Below, one piece after another: positions 9,420-18,920 of a DNA stretch of 64,000 bases. The stretch is from Vicinamibacteria bacterium (GTDB lineage Bacteria > Acidobacteriota > Vicinamibacteria > Marinacidobacterales > Marinacidobacteraceae), in the NCBI GenBank assembly GCA_963555995.3, contig OY821641.1, positions 384,001 through 448,000 of the forward strand, given 5' to 3'. A model generated the notes under the pieces. The model saw nothing but the letters and a program-made list of their open reading frames with translations. It was not told the origin of the DNA and did not search any database. Each line of letters opens with the position of its first letter. Within the stretch, counting starts at the first letter, position 1. A program made the position numbers and the translations under genes.

Positions 9420-11051
9420 ATGACCTGGAGCCTCTGGACCGCACGCGGCGGCGCACTTGCGGTGCGCCCGCTGGCGTCCCTTCCCGGCGACGAAGCGCCT
9501 CGCTGGACCGACCGGACGCCTCCGGGCGGGCTCGGGACGACCGGCTCGCGGGGCGCGGAAGACCGGCTCGGCTGGGTGGACCTGCCGCTCACCGCCGACG
9601 GGGACATCCCGAAGGCCGTCCGCCTCCGCGAGGAGCTGCTCGCCGAGGGGTTCGAGCGCCTCGTGGTGGTGGCGATGGGCGGGTCCGCCCTCTGCCCCCG
9701 GGCGCTCGTCCGGGGACTTTCCCGGGGACGCGGACTCGCCGTGGAGTTCCTGGACAGCCTCGCACCGGAAGCGGTGCGGGAGACCCTCCGGCCCGGCCGC
9801 CTGCCGCGGACGGTGTTCCTGGTCGCCTCGAAGTCCGGAACGACGGTGGAGACCCGCGCCCTCGAGGCCGTGATCCTCGGGGCGCTCGGGGACGCGGGCG
9901 CCGACCCCGGCAGGCAGCTCCTCGCGGTCACCGATCCCGGCACGCCGCTCCACCGGTGGGCGGACCGGGCCGGCTATCGGGTCTGCTTCGCCGGGAGGCC
10001 GGACGTGGGGGGACGGTTCTCGGCGCTCAGCGCCTTCGGGCTGCTGCCGGCGGCCCTCGCCGGCTGCGCGCTGGAACCCGAACTGGCCGCCGTCCGCCGG
10101 TTGCGCGAGGGGCTGGACCGGGACGGCGGCGCGGGGGATCCGGCCTTCGCGCTGGGCGCGCTGCTGGCCCGGCTGCGGGCGGCGGGCCGCTGGCGGGCGG
10201 ACCTCTCCGCGGCTGCCGACCGCGCCGCGATGCTCCCCTGGCTGGAACAGCTCTTCTCGGAGAGCACCGGGAAGGCCGGAACCGGGATCCTGCCGGTGGT
10301 CCTGCCGCCGCCGCCCCGCCCGGCGAGTTCGGGCGGCGCGACGCTGTGCATCCACCTCGGCGCCGCCGCCGGCGAAGACCGGGAGCGGCTGGAGGCCGCC
10401 GCCCGCGCCGGGGTCCCGGTCCTCCACTGCCCGGCGGGGTCCGGGCTGCTGCCGGACATGTACCGCTGGCAGGTCGCGGTCTCGGTGGCCGCCTTCCGCA
10501 TGGGGGTGGACCCCTACGACCAGCCCGACGTCGAGGGCACCAAGGCAGCGGCGCGCCGGCTCGCCGAGGATCCGGGGGCCGTTCCCCGGCCCACCGCCGG
10601 GTCCGCCATCGCCCTCCGGGATTTCCTCACGTCCGCCGCGCCGGACGGGCTCGCGGTGAACGCCTTCGGCCCCCGGAACCCGGCGGTCGAGGCCGTGCTC
10701 CACGACTTCCAGCGACAGGTCGCCGCGCGCTTCGGCGCCGCTCCCGCGGTGGGGTTCGGGTCGGCGCTCCTCCACTCGCTGGGCCAGATCGAGAAGGGCG
10801 GCCCGCCGGACGTCGCCGTCCTGATGCTCACCTGGGACTCCGGGGCGGACATCGCCATCCCGTCGAGCCCCGAACTGCCGTCCGCGCTCGCCGGACTCGG
10901 GACCGGCGCCTTCGCCCGGCTCCAGGCCGCCGCCGACTACGAGGAACTGAAGCGCCGCGGCCGCCGCGTGCTCTGGCTGGACGCCGCGCTCCCCGGCGAA
11001 GCGGGCCTCGCCGCCCTCACGGCCCGGCTCGCGGACGCACAATCCCCCTGA
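9420..11051 (+). CDS. pgi: Glucose-6-phosphate isomerase (PGI half of the Tal/PGI type)
   Basis: RLGWVDLP, MGGS, VASKSGTTVET, VTDPGT, VGGRFSALS, EQLFSESTGK, DQPDVEGTK. Confidence 0.8.
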   Translation: MTWSLWTARGGALAVRPLASLPGDEAPRWTDRTPPGGLGTTGSRGAEDRLGWVDLPLTADGDIPKAVRLREELLAEGFERLVVVAMGGSALCPRALVRGLSRGRGLAVEFLDSLAPEAVRETLRPGRLPRTVFLVASKSGTTVETRALEAVILGALGDAGADPGRQLLAVTDPGTPLHRWADRAGYRVCFAGRPDVGGRFSALSAFGLLPAALAGCALEPELAAVRRLREGLDRDGGAGDPAFALGALLARLRAAGRWRADLSAAADRAAMLPWLEQLFSESTGKAGTGILPVVLPPPPRPASSGGATLCIHLGAAAGEDRERLEAAARAGVPVLHCPAGSGLLPDMYRWQVAVSVAAFRMGVDPYDQPDVEGTKAAARRLAEDPGAVPRPTAGSAIALRDFLTSAAPDGLAVNAFGPRNPAVEAVLHDFQRQVAARFGAAPAVGFGSALLHSLGQIEKGGPPDVAVLMLTWDSGADIAIPSSPELPSALAGLGTGAFARLQAAADYEELKRRGRRVLWLDAALPGEAGLAALTARLADAQSP

Positions 11052-13876
11052 TGCCGTCCGACTACCCGGCGATCCGCCGGGAACACGAACGCCGCTACGG
11101 CACCGGGGTGGGGGAATACGGCGACACGCTGCTGCCGCACCGCTACGGCGACCGCACCCACTTCATCTACGAGCTGCTGCAGAACGCCGAGGACGCACTC
11201 GCGCGGCGGGAGGGCTGGACGGGCCCGCGCTCGGTCCGGTTCGAGGTGGGCCCGGCCGCGCTGCGGGTGCGCCACTTCGGCCTGCCCTTCGACGAGGCCG
11301 ACGTGCGGAGCATCTGCGGCATCGGGGAGAGCACCAAGGACCCGGAGCTGACCGAGATCGGCCGCTTCGGGATCGGCTTCAAGTCGGTGTACGCCTTCAC
11401 CGACCGGCCCGAGGTGCATTCCGGGCCGGAGGACTTCGCCATCGAGCACTACGTCCTGCCCGCGGCGGCGCCGGCCATCCCGCGCGACGCCGCAGAGACC
11501 GTGTTCGTGCTGCCGCTGCGGACGCCCGCCGACGCCGCCGAGATCCGGGAGGCGGTGCGGCGCCTCGCTCCCCGCGCCCTCCTCTTCCTCCGCGAGATCG
11601 AGGAGATCGAGTGGCGGGTCGAGGACGGCGCCTCGGGCCTCTACCTCCGGGAGACGGAGGACGCGGGCGGCGGCGCGCGGCGGGTCACCCTCGTCGGGGA
11701 GGCCGACGGCCAGCGCGAGACGCGGCAGACCTGGCTGGTGTTCGCCCGCGCGCTGCCGGTCCCGCCCGGCGGCGCGCCGCGGCATGTCGAGGCCGCCTTC
11801 CGCCTGGGCGAGGAGGGCCGCCCGGAGCGGGTCCCCGAGCGCGACGCGCCCCTCTACGCCTTCTTCCCCACCACGCTCCCGACCGGCCTCCGCTTCCGGG
11901 TGCAGGGGCCGTTCCGCACTACGCTGGCGCGCGACAACGTGCCCGCCGGGGACCCCTGGAACGAGCGCCTGATCCGGGAGACCGCCGGGGTCCTCGAGGA
12001 AGCGCTCCGCTGGCTGCGCGATCACAAGCTGCTGGACGCGGAGGCGCTCCGCTGCCTGCCGCTCGACCGGGACCGGTTCCCGGACGGGTCGCTCTTCGCG
12101 CCGCTCCGCGAGGCGGCCTCCCGCGCGCTCCGCGCGGAGCCCCTGCTGCCCCGCCTGGGCGGCGGGTTCGTCGCCGGGGAGGCCGCTCGCCTCGCGAGCC
12201 CCCGCTGGCTGCGCGAGCTGCTGGACCACGGCCAGTTGGAGGCGCTCTTCCCGGAGGCGGGAGGCGCGGGGTGGCTGACGGCGGACGTGCCGCTGGCGCG
12301 CACCGACGAACTGAGCCGGACGCTCCAGGACGAGGTCGGGGTGCGGCTGCTGCGGCTGGACACCGTCCTGCGCCGGCTCGACACGGCGTTCCTGGAGGCG
12401 CAGACCGACGCGTGGGTGCGGCGGCTCTACGAGGCGTTCGCCGAACACCGGCTGGTCGGGCGGCGGGTCGCCGGGATCCCCCTGGTCCGGCTGCGGGACG
12501 GCGCCCACGTGCCGCCGCTGGTGGTGGGGCGTCCCGCCGCCTTCCTGCCGGGACCGCCCGGCGGGGCGCCCCCCGACGTGCCCGTGGTGCGCGAGGCCGT
12601 CCTCGAGTCGGCAGCGGCCCGGAAGTACCTGCGCGAACTCGGCCTCGAGGAACTGGACCCGCTGGAGCTGGCGATCCGCCGGGTGCTGCCCCGCTACCGG
12701 TCGGGGGCCGCCGCGCCCGCGGACGCCGACTACGCCCGGGACCTCCGGGACCTGGTCCGCGCCCACCGGGCCGGGTCGCCCGCGGGCCGGCGGCGGCTGG
12801 AGGGCGAACTGCGGCGGTTGCCCTTCGTCCGCACGGTGCACGCCGAGAGCGGGGATCGAGCGCTCTCCCGGCCGGGGGACGCCCTGCTGGCGACGGCGGC
12901 GCAGCGCGCGCTCTTCGCCGGGCTGCGCGCGGTCCGTTTCGTGGACGACGACTGCGAGGCGCTCCGGGGGGAAGGGGCGCAGAACCTGCTCCGCGCCTGC
13001 GGCGTCCGCGCGCCGCTGGAGCCGTTCCCGGAGAAACCGGAGCTCACCCCGGCGGACCGGGAGGAGGTCCGCGGCCGGGCGGCGGGCGCGGACCCGGAGG
13101 GAGGGATCGCCTGCATCGAGGACTGGAACCTCCAGGGGCTCGACGCGCTGCTCGCCGGGGTGGCCGGGATGTCCCCGGCGGAGCGCGAGCGGCGGCGGGA
13201 CCTGCTGCGGAGCGAGCTCGAACGGCTCCGCGACGTCCACGATCTCGCCGTCCGCACCGGCAAGTACGAGTGCGACGGGCGGGACGGGAACCAGGTCGCG
13301 GTGCAGACCCCCGCCGCCTGGATGCGCCGCCTCACCGGCAGCGACTGGGCGCCGGAGGCGCGTCCGCTGGTCCAGATCGGCCCGCCGGACCCGGCCCGGA
13401 AGCCCGCGCCGGCCGCCGGGCGCGGCAGCCGCGCTGCCTCGCGGGGGCGTCGCGACGGACCGCCGGTCGCCGTTCGTCCCGGCGACGAGGCGCGGGACGC
13501 TCCCGACCCGGCCGAGCGGGGGCGGCGCCTGGAGGTGGAGGCGAAGGCCGTCGCCCTCATCCTGGAGCGCGAGTCCTGGCGCCGTGCGGAGGAGGACAAC
13601 CCGGGCTTCGACCTCTTCCGCGAGGACCCGGACGGAAGGAAGACCCTCTTCTGCGAGGTGAAGGGCCTGAGCGGCAGCCTCGACGACCACCCCGCGCGGC
13701 TCACCCCGGAGGAACTCCGCCGCGCCCTCGAACACGGCGAGAACTACTGGCTGTACATCGTCGAACACCTGGCCGGCGACGCGCCGCGGGTCGTCCGCAT
13801 CCAGGACCCGGCGCGCGCCGCCGCCCGCTTCGCCTTCGGCCCCGAGTGGCGGGCGCTGAGCCGGCCGCCTCCCTGA
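11051..13876 (+). CDS. Sacsin/NO VEIN-like protein: N-terminal GHKL-type ATPase plus C-terminal DUF3883 (PD-(D/E)XK-like nuclease)
   Basis: YELLQNAEDA, GESTK, IGRFGIGFKSVY, FFPT..TGL.F..QGPF; C-terminal GFDL...EVKG...LT.EE...A...YWLYIV. The ATG overlaps the pgi stop (TGATG). Confidence 0.8.
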   Translation: MPSDYPAIRREHERRYGTGVGEYGDTLLPHRYGDRTHFIYELLQNAEDALARREGWTGPRSVRFEVGPAALRVRHFGLPFDEADVRSICGIGESTKDPELTEIGRFGIGFKSVYAFTDRPEVHSGPEDFAIEHYVLPAAAPAIPRDAAETVFVLPLRTPADAAEIREAVRRLAPRALLFLREIEEIEWRVEDGASGLYLRETEDAGGGARRVTLVGEADGQRETRQTWLVFARALPVPPGGAPRHVEAAFRLGEEGRPERVPERDAPLYAFFPTTLPTGLRFRVQGPFRTTLARDNVPAGDPWNERLIRETAGVLEEALRWLRDHKLLDAEALRCLPLDRDRFPDGSLFAPLREAASRALRAEPLLPRLGGGFVAGEAARLASPRWLRELLDHGQLEALFPEAGGAGWLTADVPLARTDELSRTLQDEVGVRLLRLDTVLRRLDTAFLEAQTDAWVRRLYEAFAEHRLVGRRVAGIPLVRLRDGAHVPPLVVGRPAAFLPGPPGGAPPDVPVVREAVLESAAARKYLRELGLEELDPLELAIRRVLPRYRSGAAAPADADYARDLRDLVRAHRAGSPAGRRRLEGELRRLPFVRTVHAESGDRALSRPGDALLATAAQRALFAGLRAVRFVDDDCEALRGEGAQNLLRACGVRAPLEPFPEKPELTPADREEVRGRAAGADPEGGIACIEDWNLQGLDALLAGVAGMSPAERERRRDLLRSELERLRDVHDLAVRTGKYECDGRDGNQVAVQTPAAWMRRLTGSDWAPEARPLVQIGPPDPARKPAPAAGRGSRAASRGRRDGPPVAVRPGDEARDAPDPAERGRRLEVEAKAVALILERESWRRAEEDNPGFDLFREDPDGRKTLFCEVKGLSGSLDDHPARLTPEELRRALEHGENYWLYIVEHLAGDAPRVVRIQDPARAAARFAFGPEWRALSRPPP

Positions 13877-13878
13877 GG

Positions 13879-15282
13879 ATGTCCGATCTGTGTTCCGCCG
13901 CGGCGGGTGAGCTGGTCCGGCTCATCGCCAGCCGCGAGGCATCCGTGGTCGAGGTGATGAAGGCGCACCTGGCGCGGATCGAGGAGGGGAACCCGCGCCT
14001 GAACGCCATCGTCACACTCCTGCCGGAGGAGACGCTGCTCGCGGCGGCGGCGAGGGCCGACGCGGCGGTGGCCGCGGGCGACCCGCTGGGGCCGCTCCAC
14101 GGGCTCCCGGTCGCCCACAAGGACCTGACGCTCACCCGGGGCATCCGGACGACCTTCGGGTCGCCGCTCTTCGCGGACTTCGTCCCCGAGGAGGACGCGC
14201 TGCTCGTGGAGCGGCTGCGGGCGGCGGGGGCCATCACCATCGGCAAGACGAACACCCCCGAGTTCGGCGCGGGTTCCCAGACGTTCAACGCGGTCTTCGG
14301 CCCCACCCGCAACCCGCACGACGAGACGAAGACCTGCGGCGGGAGCAGCGGGGGCGCGGCGGTGGCGCTCGCCTCGGGGATGGTGCCGATCGCGGACGGC
14401 AGCGACTACGGCGGCTCGCTGCGGAACCCGGCCAGCTTCTGCGGGGTGGTCGGGTTCCGGCCCTCGCCCGGGCGGGTGCCCGTCTGGCCCGACGAGACCC
14501 CCTGGTTCCCGGTCCCGGTGCAGGGGCCGATGGCCCGGAGCGTCAGCGATGCGGCGCTGATGCTGAGCGCCATCGCGGGGCCGGACCCGCGCGCGCCGCT
14601 CTCGCTGGCGGACCCGGGAGAGGTCTTCCGGCGGCCGCTCGACCGGGACTTCGGGAGCGTCCGGGTGGCGTGGAGCGCCGACTTCGGCGGCGTGCCGTTC
14701 GATCCGCGGGTCCCGGCGGCGCTCGCCCCGGCGCGCGGCGCGCTGGAGCGGATCGGGTGCGCGGTCGAGGACGCCGAGCCGGACATGAGCGGAGCGGACA
14801 TCGCGTTCGACCGCTGGCGGGCGTGGTACTTCGAACTCAACTGGGGTCCGCTCCTCGACCGCCACCGGGAGTCCATGAAGGAAACGGTCATCTGGAACAT
14901 CGAGCGGGGCAGGGAGCTCGGTGCCTCGGACCTCGCCGAGGCCACCCGCCGCTGGACGGCGCTCCTGCGGCGGGCGGGCAAGTTCTTCGAGCGCTACGAG
15001 TTCCTGGCGCTGCCGGTCTCCCAGGTGCCGCCGTTCGATATCGGCATCGAGTATCCGACGGAGATCGCCGGGGTCCCGATGCGGACGTACACGGACTGGA
15101 TGGCGTCCTGCGCCTGGGTGTCGCTGCTCGGCTGTCCGGCCGTCTCGGTGCCGGCCGGGACCACGCCCGAGGGCCTCCCCGTGGGCCTCCAGATCGTCGG
15201 CCGGCCCCGCGACGATTTCGGGGTCCTCCAGCTCGCCCACGCGCTGGAGCGGGCGTTGCCGGGTTCTGGCAAGATGGCGTGA
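13879..15282 (+). CDS. Amidase signature family enzyme
   Basis: LHGLPVAHKDL, GKTNTPEFG, GGSSGGAA, GSDYGGSLRNPA, GLPVGLQ. Confidence 0.92.
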   Translation: MSDLCSAAAGELVRLIASREASVVEVMKAHLARIEEGNPRLNAIVTLLPEETLLAAAARADAAVAAGDPLGPLHGLPVAHKDLTLTRGIRTTFGSPLFADFVPEEDALLVERLRAAGAITIGKTNTPEFGAGSQTFNAVFGPTRNPHDETKTCGGSSGGAAVALASGMVPIADGSDYGGSLRNPASFCGVVGFRPSPGRVPVWPDETPWFPVPVQGPMARSVSDAALMLSAIAGPDPRAPLSLADPGEVFRRPLDRDFGSVRVAWSADFGGVPFDPRVPAALAPARGALERIGCAVEDAEPDMSGADIAFDRWRAWYFELNWGPLLDRHRESMKETVIWNIERGRELGASDLAEATRRWTALLRRAGKFFERYEFLALPVSQVPPFDIGIEYPTEIAGVPMRTYTDWMASCAWVSLLGCPAVSVPAGTTPEGLPVGLQIVGRPRDDFGVLQLAHALERALPGSGKMA

Positions 15283-15296
15283 CGGAGGAACGACAC

Positions 15297-16376
15297 ATGA
15301 CGGTTCGGAATCCGGAGCGGCTCGCTCCCCTCGCGCTCTTCGCCCTCCTGGCCGCCTGCGGCGCCCCGCCGCCCGCGGCAGACCCGCCGCCTCCGGGCGC
15401 CGCCGCCCACGAGGGCTCGGCCTTCGAGATCACCGAGGTGCGTCCCGGCATCTGGCACGCCGTCGGCGCCGGCGCCATGAACGTCGGCGCCAACGCGGCG
15501 ATCGTGGACCTCGGCGAGTCGCTGCTGCTGGTGGACTCGCACATCACCCCGGCGGCGGCGTGGGTGCTGCTCCAGGAGCTTTCGCCGCTGACCCCCAAGC
15601 CGGTCCGCTACGTGGTGAACACCCACTTCCACTTCGACCACATCCACGGGAACCAGGTCTTCGGCGACGAGGTGGAGATCCTCGGGCACGAGGCCACCTA
15701 CGACGTGGTCGCCGCCGGCGGCTCGAACTCCGGGACCGCCTGGGACGCGTTCGTGGGCACGCTCCCGGAGCAGATCGCGACGCTCGAGAGCCGGCTGGAG
15801 GCGGCAGCGGAGGCCGACCGCGCCGAGATCGCGGACGCCCTGGCGCGGACCCGGGCCTACCAGGAAGCGACCGCGAGCATCACCCCGGTACCGCCGACCA
15901 TCACCCTGGAGCGCCGGATGACCCTCCACCGGGGCGGCCACGAGATCCAGTTGCTGTTCCTGGGGCTCGGCCACACCGCCGGGGACGTGGTGACGTTTCT
16001 GCCCGAACAGAAGGTCCTCATCACCGGCGACCTGGTCCCCTTCGGCCTGCCCTTCATGGGCGACGGATACCCGGAATGGGGCGAGACCATCCGTCAGTTC
16101 GCCGAGCTCGACTTCGACCTGGTGCTCCCCGGCCACGGCCCGCCCTTCGAGGACAAGGCGAAGCTCGGGTACCTCGCCGCCTACCTCGACGACTTCTGGA
16201 CCCAGGCCGAGGCCGCCCACGCCGACGGCGTCTCCGCCGAGGAAGCCGCCGCGAACCTGGACCTCACCGCCCACGCCGAGCACTTCCCCTCGGTCACCGC
16301 ACCGGGAGCCCCCCAGATCGCCGTCGAGCGCGCCTACCGCCTCTTCAACGCCCGCGCCCTCACCCCCCAGCAGTAA
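15297..16376 (+). CDS. MBL-fold metallo-hydrolase, lipoprotein
   Basis: Lipobox LAAC; THFHFDHIHGN, GHTAGD, TGDL, PGHG; RBS ggagg. Confidence 0.88.
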   Translation: MTVRNPERLAPLALFALLAACGAPPPAADPPPPGAAAHEGSAFEITEVRPGIWHAVGAGAMNVGANAAIVDLGESLLLVDSHITPAAAWVLLQELSPLTPKPVRYVVNTHFHFDHIHGNQVFGDEVEILGHEATYDVVAAGGSNSGTAWDAFVGTLPEQIATLESRLEAAAEADRAEIADALARTRAYQEATASITPVPPTITLERRMTLHRGGHEIQLLFLGLGHTAGDVVTFLPEQKVLITGDLVPFGLPFMGDGYPEWGETIRQFAELDFDLVLPGHGPPFEDKAKLGYLAAYLDDFWTQAEAAHADGVSAEEAAANLDLTAHAEHFPSVTAPGAPQIAVERAYRLFNARALTPQQ

Positions 16377-16393
16377 CGACGCGCGGGACGGCC

Positions 16394-16611
16394 GGGAGCG
16401 CCGGCTTCAGCCGGCACAGCCCTCATCCGCCACGATGGCGCAAGGGCTTGGAGCGCCGGCTTCAGCCGGCACCCGCGGCGCGAAGCGCAGCGGACGGCAC
16501 GACGCTGGCGCGCCCGACGGCGTTCGGCTCTCCGTCCTTCACCGCGCACCGCGGCACGACATCCGCGAGCCTTCGGCTCGCTGTGCCGGCTGAAGCCGGC
16601 GCTCCAAGCCG
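16394..16611. repeat. Cluster of three REP palindromes (REPIN)
   Basis: ggagcgccggcttcagccggcac twice, then the inverted gtgccggctgaagccggcgctcc. Confidence 0.8.
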
Positions 16612-16627
16612 TTTCCGCCGTTCCCGG

Positions 16628-17320
16628 CTACGGTGCGCGGAACCCGGCCTCCCGGTGCGAGCCGTCGCAGAACGGCTTGTTCTTCGAGTGCCCGCACCGG
16701 CAGAGCTTCCCCCGGTCCAGCGTGACCCGCGCACCCCCGCGCCCCGAGATGGCGAGCGGACCGCGAAAAGCCAGCGGGCCGTTCGGATAGGGCGTGAAAC
16801 GAACCGGAGCCGCCTCCTCGGCGACCGCCGGCGCCGGTTCGGAGCGGGGCGCGACCGCGGCCTCGCAGCGGAATCCGACGCGGGCATGCGACTCGTCGCA
16901 GAGCGGCTTGTTCTCCGAAGCTCCGCACCGGCAGAACGCGACCCGCGTGTCCTTCACGACCTCCGCGCCCGGCGCCGCCTCGATCTCGAGGTCGCCGCGG
17001 ACGTAGTACGGACCATCCGGGGTGATGGAGGCCGAGTTCTTCTTCTGCGGTTCCTCGGGCAGGATGGTTGCAGCCGCCGCGGCGCCCTTCTCGATCTTCC
17101 GGTCGCTGGGCGGCGCCATGCGGAGCGCCCCGGTGGGACAGCCCAGCACGACCCGCTCGACACGTTTCGGATCGGCTTCGTCCGGGAGGATCCAGGGACG
17201 GCGCGAGACATCGAACACCTGCGGCAGCCCCCGCACGCAGACCTCGGAATGGATGCAGCGGTGGGCGTCGAACGTGACCGAAGCCCGATCGCCCCGGTAG
17301 TGGCGCACCTGACTCTTCAT
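16628..17320 (-). CDS. CDGSH iron-sulfur domain protein with N-terminal divergent 4Fe-4S (Fer4_19-like) domain
   Basis: CIHS..CVRG...CPTGAL, then two CRCG.S.NKP.CD.SH motifs. Confidence 0.9.
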   Translation of the reverse strand: MKSQVRHYRGDRASVTFDAHRCIHSEVCVRGLPQVFDVSRRPWILPDEADPKRVERVVLGCPTGALRMAPPSDRKIEKGAAAAATILPEEPQKKNSASITPDGPYYVRGDLEIEAAPGAEVVKDTRVAFCRCGASENKPLCDESHARVGFRCEAAVAPRSEPAPAVAEEAAPVRFTPYPNGPLAFRGPLAISGRGGARVTLDRGKLCRCGHSKNKPFCDGSHREAGFRAP

Positions 17321-17334
17321 GGGCCTCCCGGCTC

Positions 17335-17859
17335 TTAGCCGCCGAGGAGCGCCGCGGCCGCCCGCTCCAGGAGCGGCTGCAGCAGCGCCCCGATGACCAG
17401 CAGGCTGATTCCGGCGGCGACGGCGGCCAGCACCCGGCGGCGGGTCCAGGCGGCGGCCTCGCTCCGTTCCTGGATCCGGCTGACGATCGCGATGATCTGC
17501 CGATTCGACTCTTCGAGCGCGGCGAACCGGGCGTTCATCTCGGCGCGGAGTTGACGTTGCGATGCTTCGAGCCTGTCAAACCCTTGGTGCATCTCCTCAC
17601 GAAGGCGATCGAGTTCGGTCTTCTCGGCCAGTCTCCCCCGCTGCGCGGCTGCCTCCTTCAGGCCGTCCCACAACTCCTGCCGGAGCTGCTTGATGTCCCT
17701 CCGGTTCTCGCGGACGTCCTCGTGGAGGCCGTCGAGCCGTCCGTGGAGCAGGTTCAGCCCCTCGGTGAGCCGGCGGTCGAGCGCCAGGGTCGCCCCGTCC
17801 GCCGCCGTCCCGTTCACGGACCGGTCCCTGAACAGCCTGTGCCGAAAGTCACGCGGCAT
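17335..17859 (-). CDS. Hypothetical coiled-coil protein with C-terminal membrane anchor (start may be GTG 17817)
   Basis: Heptad-like R/E/L-rich helix followed by the hydrophobic stretch VLAAVAAGISLLVIGALL. Confidence 0.6.
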   Translation of the reverse strand: MPRDFRHRLFRDRSVNGTAADGATLALDRRLTEGLNLLHGRLDGLHEDVRENRRDIKQLRQELWDGLKEAAAQRGRLAEKTELDRLREEMHQGFDRLEASQRQLRAEMNARFAALEESNRQIIAIVSRIQERSEAAAWTRRRVLAAVAAGISLLVIGALLQPLLERAAAALLGG

Positions 17860-18199
17860 TCGAACGCCGATGCATCCCGGCTGAACCGGGCCGCTGGGCG
17901 GCCCTCATCGTTGCGCTTCAGTCGGAATACACCCGGTATTCCTCCCTCGCGCGCCTTGTCAGCCGGGCGCCTCGCCGCTCTCGGTGCTCGCGTCACTTTC
18001 ACCACAGGCTGTTTCCATCGCGAACCGCAGTGTAGGGCGCTTTGGGAGCCGCGGCAACGGTCGCGGAGATCGCGGGTTTCTTGTTGGGCTGGTTCACGTA
18101 GCAGTCCTCCATGGACTACAGACGTAAATCGCGCCGAATTTTTCCCACCCGGGCCCGGAATGTGGAAAAGTCGAAGCGAAGCGGCACTTCCGGAGGTGC

Positions 18200-18877
18200 T
18201 TATGTCGCCGCCGCCGCCTTCCGCGCCGCCCGCAGGGCGTGGATGTGCTCGTACATGTACCAGACGCCGATGCTCCGGAACGGCCGCCAGCCGTCGCTGA
18301 TCCGCGCGTACTCCGCGGGCGGCGCATCCTCCGGCAGCGCGTAGAGGTCCCGCATCGCGAAGAGCACTGCGGCATCCCCCGGCGCGAACACGTCCGGCCG
18401 GTTCTGCGTGAAGATGAGGTGCATGTCGGCGGTCCAGTTGCCGATGCCCTTGACGGCGGTGAGTGCGCCGCGCACCGCGTCGTCCTCCATGGTTTCGAGC
18501 GCCCGGAGATCCAGCTCCCCGCTCTCGACGCGCGAGGCCAGGTCGCGCAGGTAGGCGATCTTCTGTCGCGAGAGCCCGACCCGCCGGAGCGTCGCTTCCC
18601 GCCGCTTCAGGATGTCCCGCGGCCCCGGGGGCCGCCCCCGGGTCAGCGCCCAGAGCCGCTTGTGGATCGACCGGGCCGCCGCCGCCGAGATCTGCTGGGC
18701 CACGATGGCGCCCACCAGCGTCCCGAACACGTTGGGGCGGGGGACGAGGGTGCAGGGGCCGATCCGGCCGATCAGGGCGCGGAGGACCGGGTCATGACCC
18801 GACAGGTGGCGGGTCGCCCCGGACCAGTCGGGCTTCCCTTCGCGGCCGGAGGCCCACGGTCCGTCCTCGGTCGTCAT
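18200..18877 (-). CDS. alkA: DNA-3-methyladenine glycosylase II (HhH-GPD)
   Basis: IVAQQIS..AA, GLSRQK..YL, LTAVKGIGNWTADM, RPDVF..GD, WRPFRS. Confidence 0.88.
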   Translation of the reverse strand: MTTEDGPWASGREGKPDWSGATRHLSGHDPVLRALIGRIGPCTLVPRPNVFGTLVGAIVAQQISAAAARSIHKRLWALTRGRPPGPRDILKRREATLRRVGLSRQKIAYLRDLASRVESGELDLRALETMEDDAVRGALTAVKGIGNWTADMHLIFTQNRPDVFAPGDAAVLFAMRDLYALPEDAPPAEYARISDGWRPFRSIGVWYMYEHIHALRAARKAAAAT

Positions 18878-18920
18878 GGGCGGCGGAGTCTAGTAGCCGG
18901 GCGGTGCGATACTGCGGAAC

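Noticed and set aside
9254-11050. N-terminal 599 aa of the 1540-aa ORF, and similar extensions of ORFs 11611, 14670, 18239, 7352-9943 and 42666-44828
   Set aside because: They are low-complexity alternative frames of neighbouring real genes; the true starts lie downstream at overlap or RBS positions.
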